Below, one piece after another: positions 10,001 to 20,491 of a stretch of 64,000 bases of DNA (within the stretch, counting starts at the first letter, position 1; each line of letters starts with the position of its first letter). The notes beneath the pieces were generated by a model. It saw only the letters and a program-made list of their open reading frames with translations, searched no databases and was not told where the DNA came from. The DNA comes from Gemmatimonadota bacterium (lineage in GTDB: Bacteria; Gemmatimonadota; Gemmatimonadetes; Gemmatimonadales; Gemmatimonadaceae): positions 128,407 through 192,406 of the forward strand of contig JAZJZK010000023.1 in NCBI GenBank assembly GCA_040389905.1. Reading direction: 5' to 3'. The position numbers and the translations under genes are program-made.

Positions 10001-10636
10001 ATGAGTACGACCGAGCCGGTACCCGGCGACCCAGTTGATGACTCTCCGGAGTCGATGGCGGAACGGCGCAAGCGACGGTATGTCGCCAACCTCGCCTTCG
10101 GCGCGATCAAGGCGCAGCATTCCGCACACCGCACGCGACTCGAGCGCTTCGTCGACTGGCTCAACGAGGTCGCGAGCTCCACGGTGTTCCTGGTTCTGCA
10201 CGGTGTCGGCTTCGCCTTCTGGCTGCTCTGGAACACCGGCAAGCTCGGCATGCGGCCGGTCGATCCATTCCCTTTCGGTTTCATGACAACGATCGTGTCG
10301 CTCGAGGCGATCTTTCTCTCGATCTTCGTGCTCATGTCGCAGAAACGCGAATCGTCGATCGCCGAGTTGCGGGAGGAACTGGGTCTTCAAGTGAGCCTGC
10401 GCGTGGAGCAGGAAGTGACAAAAACGCTCCAGCTCGTCGCCGGCCTGTACACTCGGCTCGGATACAGGGTGAGCGAAGATCCGGAGCTGCTCCACATGCT
10501 ACAGCCCCTCGACGTGCGTGCAATCGAGCGTGATCTTCTGGAGCAGATCGAAGCAGCGACATCGGCGCGGCACCACAATACCATGCTCGACGACGGAACG
10601 CTCACACCAGGGCCTGAGTCGAAACTCCTGCGATAG
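10001..10636 (+). CDS. DUF1003 family membrane protein
   Basis: WLLWNTG..DPFPFGF.T.IVSLEAIFLSIFVLMSQKR signature. Confidence 0.88.
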   Translation: MSTTEPVPGDPVDDSPESMAERRKRRYVANLAFGAIKAQHSAHRTRLERFVDWLNEVASSTVFLVLHGVGFAFWLLWNTGKLGMRPVDPFPFGFMTTIVSLEAIFLSIFVLMSQKRESSIAELREELGLQVSLRVEQEVTKTLQLVAGLYTRLGYRVSEDPELLHMLQPLDVRAIERDLLEQIEAATSARHHNTMLDDGTLTPGPESKLLR

Positions 10637-10688
10637 TTCCAGCATCTGTCACGTCCGACAGTGTGCGATCACCTCCTCCCTCTGTGCC

Positions 10689-11093
10689 ATGCGTCGGATT
10701 GCCGTAGTGCTTGCCGTGGTCCTCACCGTCCTGGGCTGTTCAGGTCCAACCGAAGCGTCGAGCGACCTGAGCGCTGAGGCAGGCACGTGGGTATTGCGCA
10801 CGATCAACGGGAATCCGCTTCCGTTCAGGATTCTAAACACGGGCGCCAACTGGGCGGATGTCACCGCTGACTCCTTGTTCCTCGACGTGAAGGGAAGCTA
10901 CAAGGACCGGTCGTACTATGATCGTATGCTCGATGGGGTCGTGGATCATCCTGTGACGTCGGCCGACGGCACCTGGAGCCTGCGCGGCGGCACGGCTACG
11001 TTCGTTGGCGCGTCGGGTAACTTCAGCGCGACGTTCACAGGTACGCAGCTGATCGTTGCGGGGCAGGGGTTGACGTCGATCTACACGAAATAG
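10689..11093 (+). CDS. Lipoprotein, lipocalin-like beta protein
   Basis: VLGC lipobox; AGTWVLRTINGNPLP; paralogue of the next gene. Confidence 0.8.
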   Translation: MRRIAVVLAVVLTVLGCSGPTEASSDLSAEAGTWVLRTINGNPLPFRILNTGANWADVTADSLFLDVKGSYKDRSYYDRMLDGVVDHPVTSADGTWSLRGGTATFVGASGNFSATFTGTQLIVAGQGLTSIYTK

Positions 11094-11115
11094 GAACCGA
11101 GGAACCAGGCGACGA

Positions 11116-11523
11116 ATGGGTGAGATGATTCGAAAATCAGTGGTCGCCGTGGCGGCGCTCGCGATAATAGTGGGCTGCGACAACGGGCCGACGGTCGACC
11201 TGACCGCCCAGGCCGGGAACTACGTGCTGCGCACCGTGAATGGCTCCGCGCTGCCCGTCACGGTCGAGGTCATCGGCCTGACCCAGCGCGACCTTATCGC
11301 AGATACGCTGTTTCTCGGCGTGAACGGCTCGTTTACCGACAACGTGTACCTCCGCGACACGGAGGGAGCCACGGTGCGGAATTTCACACAGGTGGACGTG
11401 GGCACGTGGACCGCAAACGGGTCATCGCTCACGTTCAAGTCAGCCGACGGCACGGTGATCGCCGGCGTTGTTCAGGGGAACACGCTGTCAATCGGCGAGA
11501 CGAACGCGGTTTATTCGAAATAG
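11116..11523 (+). CDS. Lipoprotein, paralogue of the preceding gene
   Basis: IVGC lipobox; AGNYVLRTVNGSALP..ADTLFL..GTW; start 11116 or 11125. Confidence 0.8.
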   Translation: MGEMIRKSVVAVAALAIIVGCDNGPTVDLTAQAGNYVLRTVNGSALPVTVEVIGLTQRDLIADTLFLGVNGSFTDNVYLRDTEGATVRNFTQVDVGTWTANGSSLTFKSADGTVIAGVVQGNTLSIGETNAVYSK

Positions 11524-11565
11524 TCTCATCCGGTGGTGCTATTGTAGAGGCGCGTCACCCGTGGA

Positions 11566-11655
11566 TGTCATCCCGAGCGAAGTCGAGGGATCTGCACCTG
11601 CCGCCTGTGTACGAGGTGCAGACCCCTCGACTCGCTCTGCTCGCTCGGGGTGACA
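11566..11655. repeat. Inverted pair of type A REP-like elements between convergent genes
   Basis: TGTCATCCCGAGCGAAGTCGAGGGATCTGCACC ... GGTGCAGACCCCTCGACTCGC..CGCTCGGGGTGACA. Confidence 0.88.
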
Positions 11656-11669
11656 AACCTGATGCATGA

Positions 11670-14459
11670 CTATTTTTTCGCCAGAGAGCGCAGCACGTAG
11701 GGAAGGATTCCGCCGTGCTTGTAGTAGTTCAGCTCCTCTGGCGTATCGATCCGGCACAACACGCTGAATGTCTTCGACGTCCCGTCGGCCGAGGTCGCGC
11801 GCACCGTGAGATTGCGGCGCGGAGCGAGATTCGCGTCGAGCCCCTCGAGATCGTACGTCTCGAAGCCGGTCAGGCCAACAGACTGGCGCGTATCGCCGTT
11901 CGTGAATTCGAGTGGCAGCACGCCCATACCGACCAGGTTCGACCGGTGGATTCGCTCGAAGCTCTCGGCGATCACGGCCTTCACGCCGAGGAGAATCGTC
12001 CCCTTCGCTGCCCAATCGCGCGATGAACCGGTGCCGTACTCCTTGCCCGCGACAATGACGAGCGGTGTCCCGCTGCTCGCATACTCCATCGCCGCATCGT
12101 AGATGAACTTGGGCGAGCCGCCGGCCTCCGTGGTGGTCCAACCACCTTCGGTGCCGGGCGCCATCTCGTTGCGCAGGCGAATGTTCGCAAACGTCCCCCG
12201 CATCATGACTTCGTGATTGCCGCGCCGCGCGCCATACGAATTGAAATCCTTGCGCGCGACACCGTGCTCGATGAGCCACTTCCCTGCGGGGCTGGCGGCC
12301 GGAATGTTGCCGGCCGGAGAGATGTGGTCGGTGGTAATGGAGTCGCCCAGCACTGCGAGTGCCTTCGCGCCTGTGATGGGCTGGATGCCCGGCGCCTGCA
12401 TCGTCATGCCATCGAAGTAGGGCGGGTTCTTCACGTACGTCGAATCGCTTTGCCACGCATACGTCTCACCGGCAGGCACGTCGAGACCCTGCCAGTGCTT
12501 GTCGCCCTTGAAGACGTCGGAATACTGCGTCCGGAAGAACTCCTGCTTCACGCTGCGAAGGATTTCATCCTGAACGTCCTGCGCGCTCGGCCAGATGTCG
12601 CGCAGGAACACGGGCCCATCCGCGCCAATGCCGAGCGGCTCACGCGTGAGGTCGAGGTCCATGCGGCCAGCGAGTGCGTAGGCGACGACGAGCGGTGGCG
12701 AGGCGAGATAGTTGTAGCGCGTTAACGGATTGACTCGGCCCTCGAAATTGCGGTTGCCCGACAACACGCTGGCGACGAACAGTTTTCCTTCCTCGATCGC
12801 CGCGGCGATGGGATCAGGTACGGGTCCCGAGTTGCCGATGCACGTCGTGCAGCCGTAGCCGACGAGGTTGAACCCGAGCGTGTCGAGCGACTCCGTGACG
12901 CCCGCGGCGTTAAAGTAATCGGTGACCACCTTCGAGCCCGGCGCGAGCGATGTCTTGACCCACGGCTTGACGCTCAGTCCCTTGTTCACCGCGTTACGCG
13001 CCAACAGACCGGCCGCCAGCATCACGCCCGGGTTTGAGGTGTTCGTACAGCTGGTAATCGCGGCGATGACGACGGCACCGTGGCGCAGCGTGAAGTGCTG
13101 GCCGGCGTACTCGCACTTGATACCGCCGTGCTCGTGCTGCGGCTGGTCGGCGCCTTCGTCGTCGGCCACCATGAGCGCTTGCGACAGCTCCGGAGACGCG
13201 GACACTGCGGTCGCGGACTTGTGCGCTGCAACACCGGCGAGCGTTCCCGACTTCTCGAGATCCGCGTGCAACGCCTCGAGGTACATCGCCTTCGCTTTCG
13301 TCAGCGGCACGCGGTCCTGCGGGCGCTTCGGACCAGCGAGACTCGGTTCAACGGTGCCAAGATCGAGCTCGAGCGAATCCGTGAAGACGGGATCGGGCGT
13401 GTCGTCGGTGCGGAAGAGCCCCTGCGCCTTCGTGTACGCCTCCACGAGCGCGACGTGTGACTCGCTGCGGCTGCTCAGGCGGAGATACTTGAGTGTTTCG
13501 TCGTCGACGGGAAAGAAGCCCATCGTCGCGCCGTACTCCGGCGCCATGTTGGCGATCGTCGCGCGGTCGGCGAGACTGAGCGAGCTCAAGCCGCTTCCAT
13601 AAAACTCCACGAACTTTCCGACGACCTTCTTCTTGCGCAGCATTTCGGTCACCGTCAGCACGAGATCGGTGGCCGTCGCGCCCGCCGGCAGCTTCCCGTG
13701 CAGCTTGAAGCCAACGACTTCCGGAATGAGCATGGAGACCGGCTGGCCGAGCATGGCCGCTTCGGCTTCGATGCCGCCAACACCCCAGCCGAGGACACCG
13801 AGCCCGTTGATCATGGTAGTGTGTGAGTCCGTGCCGACGAGCGAGTCGCAATACGCCTCGCCGGTTTCGGCATTCACGAAGACCGTCTTGCCGAGATACT
13901 CGAGATTCACCTGGTGGCAAATACCCGTGCCGGGAGGAACGACGCGAAAATTCTTGAACGCGTCCTGGCCCCAGCGGAGGAAGACGTACCGTTCGACGTT
14001 GCGCTCGAACTCGAGGTCGGTGTTGATGAGGAACGCGGCGTCGGAGCCATATTCATCCACCTGAACGCTGTGGTCGATGACCAGATCGACGGGCTGGAGC
14101 GGGTTGATGCGCTGCGGATCGCCGCCGAGCTTCGCGAGGGCATCGCGCATGGCGGCGAGGTCGACGACCGCCGGCACGCCGGTGAAGTCTTGCAGTAGCA
14201 CACGCGCAGTGCGGAAGGCGATCTCCTTCTCGACCTTGGCGCAGACGTCCCACGCGGCCATGGTCTCGATGTCGGCCTTCTTGACGAAGGCGCCGTCCTC
14301 GTTGCGGAGGAGATTCTCGAGGAGAATCTTGAGGCTGAAGGGGAGACGATCGCTGTTGCCGCCGGAGGCCGCGCTGAGCGCGTCGAGGCGGTAGATCGTG
14401 TACGATGTGCCCGCGACGTCGAGCGTCGCGCGACTGCCGAACGAATTGAGTGATGTCAT
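11670..14459 (-). CDS. acnA: Aconitate hydratase A
   Basis: [76 protein letters not shown]. Confidence 0.98.
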   Translation of the reverse strand: MTSLNSFGSRATLDVAGTSYTIYRLDALSAASGGNSDRLPFSLKILLENLLRNEDGAFVKKADIETMAAWDVCAKVEKEIAFRTARVLLQDFTGVPAVVDLAAMRDALAKLGGDPQRINPLQPVDLVIDHSVQVDEYGSDAAFLINTDLEFERNVERYVFLRWGQDAFKNFRVVPPGTGICHQVNLEYLGKTVFVNAETGEAYCDSLVGTDSHTTMINGLGVLGWGVGGIEAEAAMLGQPVSMLIPEVVGFKLHGKLPAGATATDLVLTVTEMLRKKKVVGKFVEFYGSGLSSLSLADRATIANMAPEYGATMGFFPVDDETLKYLRLSSRSESHVALVEAYTKAQGLFRTDDTPDPVFTDSLELDLGTVEPSLAGPKRPQDRVPLTKAKAMYLEALHADLEKSGTLAGVAAHKSATAVSASPELSQALMVADDEGADQPQHEHGGIKCEYAGQHFTLRHGAVVIAAITSCTNTSNPGVMLAAGLLARNAVNKGLSVKPWVKTSLAPGSKVVTDYFNAAGVTESLDTLGFNLVGYGCTTCIGNSGPVPDPIAAAIEEGKLFVASVLSGNRNFEGRVNPLTRYNYLASPPLVVAYALAGRMDLDLTREPLGIGADGPVFLRDIWPSAQDVQDEILRSVKQEFFRTQYSDVFKGDKHWQGLDVPAGETYAWQSDSTYVKNPPYFDGMTMQAPGIQPITGAKALAVLGDSITTDHISPAGNIPAASPAGKWLIEHGVARKDFNSYGARRGNHEVMMRGTFANIRLRNEMAPGTEGGWTTTEAGGSPKFIYDAAMEYASSGTPLVIVAGKEYGTGSSRDWAAKGTILLGVKAVIAESFERIHRSNLVGMGVLPLEFTNGDTRQSVGLTGFETYDLEGLDANLAPRRNLTVRATSADGTSKTFSVLCRIDTPEELNYYKHGGILPYVLRSLAKK

Positions 14460-14580
14460 GCGGGGTCTCGCGGTGCCGCCCGAGGCCCTCTGCCGCGAAC
14501 GACTGTGGAGAACGGAGCCACTGCCGGAAGCGGATGCTCGGACGGCAGGCTGGAGGGGAATCTAAAGGGTGCCAGTCAAA

Positions 14581-14651
14581 TGTCACCCCAAGCCATCGAG
14601 ACTCAGCGGGTGCAGGCCCTTCGCTCCGCTCAAGGGCGACAAAACGAGCGG
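14581..14651. repeat. REP-like element (type B)
   Basis: GGTGCAGGCCCTTCGCTCCGCTCAAGGGCGACAAAACGAGCGG preceded by TGTCACCCC. Confidence 0.8.
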
Positions 14652-14691
14652 AAGGGCCCATGCCTCTGGTGCGGCCACAACGAAGCCGGTC

Positions 14692-15732
14692 CTACACCAC
14701 CGCGGACAAGCTTCTGGCGATTCTTTCGTAGACGTCCACAGCCGCCTCCAACTCCGCAATCGACACGAACTCGTCGTCCCGGTGCGCGACGTGGATGGAC
14801 CCCGGGCCGAAGAGGTATGGCGTTCCCCAGGAGGGCATGGCCGGGATGTCCGTTGCGAACGCGACGACTGATGTCGCAAAGCCGGGCAGCGTTCCAAGCC
14901 GAACGGGCGGTACCTCGATTCCCCGCTCGACGATCGCGCGCCCTGCTGCCCACCGCTGAATTGTCTCCCAGACGTCGTCTCCATCGGTGACGAGCCGTGC
15001 CATCAGACGCGCTTCGGCGCTCGGCGCCACGACGTTGTCCGCCACACCGCCGGAGAGCATCCCGATATTGATCGTCGTCGCGCCGAGTAGATCGTCGGTT
15101 GGCAAGACGAGCGCGTCGAGCTCGGTGAGCAGGTGCACGAGCGATCGCGTGGCTGAACGTCCGAGATGAGGATACGCGGAATGCGCCGCCTCTCCTTCGG
15201 TCCGGACACGCACTCGCATGGCCCCTTTCGTGCCCAACGCGAGGGTGCTCTCGGTGGGCTCGCCATTCACGAGCGCAACGCTCTGGAAACCCGTGGCCGT
15301 GAGCCACGCATCCGCCGCATGGGCGCCGTCGTGGGTTGTTTCCTCGCCAACCACGAAGAGGAGCGCGATCGAGCCGCCGTCGCGTCGTATACGCTCAGCC
15401 GCGCACACCATCGACGCGGCGATCCCCTTTGCGTCGCAGGCGCCTCGGCCGAGAATGCGATCGCCGTCGCGAGTCGGTGGGATGTATGGCGGGACGGTGT
15501 CGAGGTGCGTGCTGAGCGTGACGAAAGGTCCAGCGCCGGTGGTCACCAGCAGGTCGAAGCGACCTTCCGTAACCGGAATGAGCGTCGCCGACCAGCCGCG
15601 CGCGAAAAGCGCGTCATGGAACGCAAGTACGAGCGGTCCTTCCGACCCGCTCGTCGACTTCGTGGCCATCAGCCATTCGGTCAGTGCGGCGACGTCGGTC
15701 GTGTCGGTCGGAGGAGCCGGCATGGAGTTCAC
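14692..15732 (-). CDS. M20 family metallo-hydrolase (acetylornithine deacetylase-like)
   Basis: STHLDTVPP, GRGACDAKG, VGEET, GEPT, GEAAHSAYP, FGPGSIHVAH; GTG overlaps the upstream stop (ATG 15723 is an alternative). Confidence 0.92.
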   Translation of the reverse strand: MNSMPAPPTDTTDVAALTEWLMATKSTSGSEGPLVLAFHDALFARGWSATLIPVTEGRFDLLVTTGAGPFVTLSTHLDTVPPYIPPTRDGDRILGRGACDAKGIAASMVCAAERIRRDGGSIALLFVVGEETTHDGAHAADAWLTATGFQSVALVNGEPTESTLALGTKGAMRVRVRTEGEAAHSAYPHLGRSATRSLVHLLTELDALVLPTDDLLGATTINIGMLSGGVADNVVAPSAEARLMARLVTDGDDVWETIQRWAAGRAIVERGIEVPPVRLGTLPGFATSVVAFATDIPAMPSWGTPYLFGPGSIHVAHRDDEFVSIAELEAAVDVYERIARSLSAVV

Positions 15733-16832
15733 AGCGCCCCACTCGGCGTGGGATCGCGCTGGCTCTCGACGTTGGCGCTCGCTGCACGGCGGTCGATGTT
15801 GAGTGCGGTGATCGCGTTCGTTGGACACTCGTGCACGAAGCCGCCATCAGCGGGCGACCACTCGACGATGTGGGTTCGAGCGAAGGCCTTGCCGGTCGTG
15901 TCCATCCCCATCACGGACGGGGCCAACGACACGCAGGTGCCACACCCAGTGCACAGGACGCGATCGACGTCGACCTGCACGCGCCGCCGCGGAAAGACGC
16001 AGTTCGGATTGTCCCAGTACGAGTCGAAGCGCTCGAGCGCGCGCTTCGCGGCCTTGTAGCCTTCCTCGATGTTTTGTTCGGTATTCGAAAAGCTGAGCCA
16101 ATTCGCGTCGTCGACCTTCGGCCGGACGAGCACCATCGGCGGGCCATGCCAGCGCTCGAGCGGGAACTGCTGAAGCGCGTGCATCATCATCGTGGCGGCC
16201 CGCATGTAGAGCGTCGCGAAGCCCTGTGTGTCGGCGCGCGCCGACTGCGATGCATCGGAGCTCCCCACGTCGACCGCAATGATGATGTCCGCGAAGTATG
16301 AGGCGATGGACACGGGAAGATTGTCCACCACGCCGCCGTCAATGCAGGTGCGATCGCCGACGTGTCCCGGGGGAAAAAAGCCGGGCAGCGCACAGGACGC
16401 ATACACGGCATCGCGAACGCGAACGTCCCGCAGTCCAGACAATCCCCACACAACACGCGCGCCCCGATCGACGTCGACCGTATTGACCAACAATCGCTTC
16501 GGCAGCTCTGAAAAGAAGCCGTCCGGCATGGCGCTGTCGACCAGCTCGCGGAGTGGTTCCTCGAGGTAGATCGACGGTGATCCCATGCGATCGAGCAGCA
16601 TTCCGAAGTGATTGACGCGAAAGACATCTCGCCGCCGCAACGCGATCGCGCGTGTGGCAAGGACGCCGGTCTCTGTTCCGCCCAGGTAGGCGGCGCACAT
16701 GAGTGCCCCGATGCTCGTTCCGGCATAGACGTCCGGTACGATGCCGCACTCCTCCAGCGCGCGAAGCACGCCAATGTGCGCGAATCCCTTCATTCCCCCG
16801 CCGCCAAGGACGAGAGCGATGCGTTTTGTCAT
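15729..16832 (-). CDS. Patatin-like phospholipase with C-terminal ferredoxin domain
   Basis: GGGGMKG, GTSIG, DGG motifs; C-terminal CTGCGTC...CPTNAI. Confidence 0.92.
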   Translation of the reverse strand: MTKRIALVLGGGGMKGFAHIGVLRALEECGIVPDVYAGTSIGALMCAAYLGGTETGVLATRAIALRRRDVFRVNHFGMLLDRMGSPSIYLEEPLRELVDSAMPDGFFSELPKRLLVNTVDVDRGARVVWGLSGLRDVRVRDAVYASCALPGFFPPGHVGDRTCIDGGVVDNLPVSIASYFADIIIAVDVGSSDASQSARADTQGFATLYMRAATMMMHALQQFPLERWHGPPMVLVRPKVDDANWLSFSNTEQNIEEGYKAAKRALERFDSYWDNPNCVFPRRRVQVDVDRVLCTGCGTCVSLAPSVMGMDTTGKAFARTHIVEWSPADGGFVHECPTNAITALNIDRRAASANVESQRDPTPSGAL

Positions 16833-16888
16833 GGCACCAAAGTACCGCGTGAACGCCACCGCGCGTCCCCTCGCTGGCGCAGACTGCT

Positions 16889-17014
16889 GGTGCAGACCCT
16901 TCGCCTCGCTCGGGGCGACAAAACGAGCGTGAACCACAGGTACAGGCTCAGGGCGACAAAACGAGCGTCAATTGTCACCCCGAGCGAGCAACGCGAGTCG
17001 AGGGGTCTGCACCT
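16889..17014. repeat. Cluster of REP-like elements (types B and A)
   Basis: Two GGGCGACAAAACGAGCGT units, then TGTCACCCCGAGCGAG..GAGTCGAGGGGTCTGCACC. Confidence 0.85.
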
Positions 17015-17044
17015 CCCCGCCACTCAGTTTTCCACCGCGACCTT

Positions 17045-17449
17045 TTACTGCAGGTATTCGTACAGCCCGTAGAGGAACACCACCCCGCCAACGACCGAGA
17101 TCGCGTAGCCGGGATTTCCGCCGACCACGATACCGGTGATAATTGCCGCGCCACCGATGATCATGTGCTTCTGGCCGGTCGTGAACGTACCGCCTTTGCC
17201 GGGTACGGGCGCCGCAGGAAGCGCGGGTTCCGCAGTGCGGCGGACGCCAACTGCGGCAGCGTCCATGGTCGGAGCGGAGGGTTCGGAAGCGGGCTGCGCG
17301 ACAGGAGTCTTGGCTGGCTCGGTGACTTCCGTCGTCGGCGCGGACGCCGGCGAGGTTGCTTGCTCCTGCGCGCGCAGGGGGGCGACCAACAGCGTGGCCA
17401 GGCCGAGGACGATGACGAACGGGCGAAGCGGATGATTGCGTGCGGTCAT
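17045..17449 (-). CDS. Exported hypothetical protein with Pro/Ala linker and C-terminal hydrophobic hairpin
   Basis: Signal peptide ending in LRA-Q; two Gly-rich hydrophobic segments at the C-terminus. Confidence 0.75.
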   Translation of the reverse strand: MTARNHPLRPFVIVLGLATLLVAPLRAQEQATSPASAPTTEVTEPAKTPVAQPASEPSAPTMDAAAVGVRRTAEPALPAAPVPGKGGTFTTGQKHMIIGGAAIITGIVVGGNPGYAISVVGGVVFLYGLYEYLQ

Positions 17450-17591
17450 GGTAATCCGAGTACGAGGGCAGGGCGCGCACAGGCGGTGCGCACTCACGGT
17501 GAATGGTGGCGCCATCGCGGCGCGAGGTCTAGTCTTGCAGCCTTCTCTGGTGCGAACTTCGGGCCGTTGCGCCTCCTCCATCCCGAAACCA

Positions 17592-18923
17592 ATGACTGCG
17601 ACTGATTCAGCTGCCGCTCCGGACGGAAAACTCCTCCGAGTCATCGGCGTCTGGGGCCTTGCCGCAGGCATCGTCAATATCACCATTGGCGGTGGCATTT
17701 TCAGGCTCCCGGCGAGTCCGGATGTCGCTGGCCGGCTGGGTGCCGCGGCGCCGCTGGCCTACATCGTGTGCGCGATCGTCATGGGTCTCATCGTGCTGTG
17801 TATTGCCGAGGCGGGCAGTCGTATCTCGCTCACTGGAGGACCATACGCATACGTCGAAGAAACGTTCGGCAACTACGTCGGGTTTCTCGTCGGGGTGCTG
17901 CTGTGGGTCGTGTTCTGTACGTCGATGCCGGCAGTCGCCGGACTGCTGGCGGATACTGCCGCACGCATCGTTCCCGCCATCGGGACGACCGCCGGCCGAA
18001 TGCTGTTTCTTGCCGCGCTGTTCGGCATCGTCGGGGTGATCAACATCCTGGGCGTGACGCAAGGCACGCGGCTCAATACCCTCACCGCGGCGGCGAAACT
18101 CGCGCCCCTTCTGCTGTTGCTTGGCGCAGGCCTCTTCGCCATCCGAGGGGAGAATCTGCGCTGGACGGATGGATTCCCATCGGTATCCGCGCTCTCCCGT
18201 GCCTCGGTGTTCCTGATTTTCGCATTTGCGGGCATCGAGTCCGCACTCGTTCCAAGCGGCGAAGTGCGCGATCCAGGCCGCACCGTGCCGCGCGCGGTTC
18301 TGCTCGCGATGGGTGTGATCACCGTCGTCTACATCGGACTGCAGATCGTTGCGCAGGGTGTCCTGGGCCCCAACCTGGTGGGTGATTCCGCGCCCCTCGC
18401 GACGACGGCGGGAATCGTGTTCGGTCCCTGGGGCGCCACGCTCCTCTCCGTGGGCTTCATCATCTCCGCGTTTGGCTTCCTCAGCGGCATGACGCTCTCC
18501 GCTCCGCGCGCCCTGTTTGCGTTTGCTCGCGATGGCTACCTTCCGCGGCGAATTGCCGACGTGCACCCGCGATACCGCACGCCGTGGATCGCCATCATCG
18601 TGCAACTTGCGCTTGCCTGGGTGCTCGCGATCACGAGTGGCTTCGACCGTCTTGCGATCATGGCCAACGTGGCCGTGGCGCTCATCTACCTCGGCTGCGC
18701 GGCGGCAGCGTTCAAGCTGCGATCGATTCCGGTGGCGGAGGGGGCGGCGTCCTTTCGCGTTCCGGGTGGTGCGGCGGTGCCGATCCTCGCGGCTGTGGCT
18801 ATTCTCTTTCTCTTTACGAGTGTCACACTCGCGGAGTGGGGAGTGCTCGGCGCGGTGATTGCCGTCAGCTCGGTGTTGTATTTCGTGCAGATGCGGCGGC
18901 GTGCAGGCCCTGACGTGGAGTAA
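17592..18923 (+). CDS. Amino acid permease (APC family)
   Basis: IGGGIF.LP, AEAGSR..TGGPYAYV, FAFAGIE, GEVRDP.RTVPRA; about 12 TM segments. Confidence 0.93.
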   Translation: MTATDSAAAPDGKLLRVIGVWGLAAGIVNITIGGGIFRLPASPDVAGRLGAAAPLAYIVCAIVMGLIVLCIAEAGSRISLTGGPYAYVEETFGNYVGFLVGVLLWVVFCTSMPAVAGLLADTAARIVPAIGTTAGRMLFLAALFGIVGVINILGVTQGTRLNTLTAAAKLAPLLLLLGAGLFAIRGENLRWTDGFPSVSALSRASVFLIFAFAGIESALVPSGEVRDPGRTVPRAVLLAMGVITVVYIGLQIVAQGVLGPNLVGDSAPLATTAGIVFGPWGATLLSVGFIISAFGFLSGMTLSAPRALFAFARDGYLPRRIADVHPRYRTPWIAIIVQLALAWVLAITSGFDRLAIMANVAVALIYLGCAAAAFKLRSIPVAEGAASFRVPGGAAVPILAAVAILFLFTSVTLAEWGVLGAVIAVSSVLYFVQMRRRAGPDVE

Positions 18924-18942
18924 AGTGTCGGCGTCATTTTCA

Positions 18943-19130
18943 ACCGCAGAGGACGCAGAGGAGCAGAGGAACGCAGAGGAATACGGAGCTGCGACAAGTG
19001 CGGACCGCTCGACTCGCTTCGCTCACTCGGGTGACAAATTTCCGCTCGTTTTGTCGCCCTGAGTGAAACGAAGGGCCTGCACGTGCATGCTTTCCTTTGC
19101 GTACCTCTGCTCCTCTGCGCCCTCTGCGGT
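18943..19130. repeat. Composite palindrome: (GCAGAGGNN)n inverted arms enclosing type A and type B REPs
   Basis: ACCGCAGAGGACGCAGAGGAGCAGAGGAACGCAGAGGAA ... TTCCTTTGCGTACCTCTGCTCCTCTGCGCCCTCTGCGGT. Confidence 0.88.
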
Positions 19131-19185
19131 AAAACTTGAGATGCTTGAATTGCACCGTTGACCAGACCGGAGCGCACCGGACTCG

Positions 19186-20388
19186 ATGTCGAACAAAACA
19201 GACCCACTTCTGAGATTCCGGGAGCAATTCCCTATCCTGGGCACCACCAACTACATGGTGTCCAACTCCCTCGGAGCAATGCCGCGCGGAGTCCAGGACC
19301 GCCTTGCCGAGTATGCCGACCAGTGGGCGACGCGCGGCGTTCGCGCCTGGGCGCAGGGTTGGTGGGACATGCCGGTGAAGGTGGGCGACGAAATCGCGCC
19401 GTTGATCGGCGCCGCGGCGGGCGAGGTGGCAATGGTTCCCAACGTCTCCATCGCGCAAGCACAGGTGTTTTCGGCGCTCGACTATTCGAAAGGTGGGCGC
19501 GACACCATCGTCATGACCGAACTCGACTTCCCGTCGGTTCGCTATGTGTACGACGAACTCGCGACGCGCCTCGGTGCGCGCATTGTCGTCGTGCCGAGTG
19601 ACGACGGCATCGGCATCGACGAGGAACGGTTACTTGCCGCGATCGACGAACGCACTCGGCTCGTTGCCATCTCGCATGTGCTCTTCCGGTCGGCGTACAT
19701 CATGGATGTGGCGAAGATCGCGGCGCATGCACACCGGATGGGCGCGCTTGTGTCCCTCGACGCGTATCACTCGGTCGGAATCGTGCCCGTCGACGTTCGT
19801 GCCATCGATGCGGATTTTCTCACCGGTGGGGTCCTCAAATGGTTGTGTGGCGGGCCTGGCGGTTGCTTCCTCTGGGTGAAGCCAGAGGTCAGCGCCTCTG
19901 TCGCACCGGCGCTCACGGGCTGGCAGGCGCACGAACATCCTTTTGCATTCGAGCCCGACATGAGCTACGCCGACGGCGCCTGGCGGTGGCTTACGGGCAC
20001 GCCGTCGATTCCTGCGCTGTTCGCCGCAGTCAGTGGTCCAAAGATTCTGCGCGAAGCGGGGATGGATGCGATCCGCGAAAAGAGCGTTCGCCAGACGTCG
20101 CGACTGATCGAGTTGGCGGATGCGCGCGGCTTTTCCGTTAGCGCGCCTCGGGAGGCGGATCGGCGAGGCGGCACCGTCGCCTTCGATGTGCCGCACGCGC
20201 GCGAGGTTGCGCAGGCGTTGCTCGCGCGCGATGTCATCGTGGACTACCGGCCGGGCGCCGGCATTCGCGTGGCGCCGCACTTCTACACAAGCGATGACGA
20301 GGTCGAATCAGTCGTTGGCGCGATCGACGAGATTCTCGCCGATGATTCGTGGAAACAGTTCGAGGCTGCGCGCCTCGTCGTTACGTAG
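19186..20388 (+). CDS. Kynureninase-like class V PLP enzyme
   Basis: YMVSNSLGAMP, FPS, SHVLFRSA, LDAYHSVG, GGVLKWLCGGPG, GWQAH, GTP. Confidence 0.85.
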   Translation: MSNKTDPLLRFREQFPILGTTNYMVSNSLGAMPRGVQDRLAEYADQWATRGVRAWAQGWWDMPVKVGDEIAPLIGAAAGEVAMVPNVSIAQAQVFSALDYSKGGRDTIVMTELDFPSVRYVYDELATRLGARIVVVPSDDGIGIDEERLLAAIDERTRLVAISHVLFRSAYIMDVAKIAAHAHRMGALVSLDAYHSVGIVPVDVRAIDADFLTGGVLKWLCGGPGGCFLWVKPEVSASVAPALTGWQAHEHPFAFEPDMSYADGAWRWLTGTPSIPALFAAVSGPKILREAGMDAIREKSVRQTSRLIELADARGFSVSAPREADRRGGTVAFDVPHAREVAQALLARDVIVDYRPGAGIRVAPHFYTSDDEVESVVGAIDEILADDSWKQFEAARLVVT

Positions 20389-20401
20389 TACAGAACAGCA
20401 C

Positions 20402-20483
20402 GTGCAGGCCCTTCGCTTCGCTCAGGGCGACAAAACACGCGGTTGTCATCCCGAGCGAACGAAGTGCGTCGAGGGATCTGCAC
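20402..20483. repeat. REP pair (type B + type A) between convergent genes
   Basis: GTGCAGGCCCTTCGCTTCGCTCAGGGCGACAAAAC..TGTCATCCCGAGCGAA..GTCGAGGGATCTGCAC. Confidence 0.88.
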
Positions 20484-20491
20484 GTCGGACT

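Noticed and set aside
15729..16832. Patatin as a CBASS effector
   Set aside because: No cyclase or other defence genes nearby; housekeeping context
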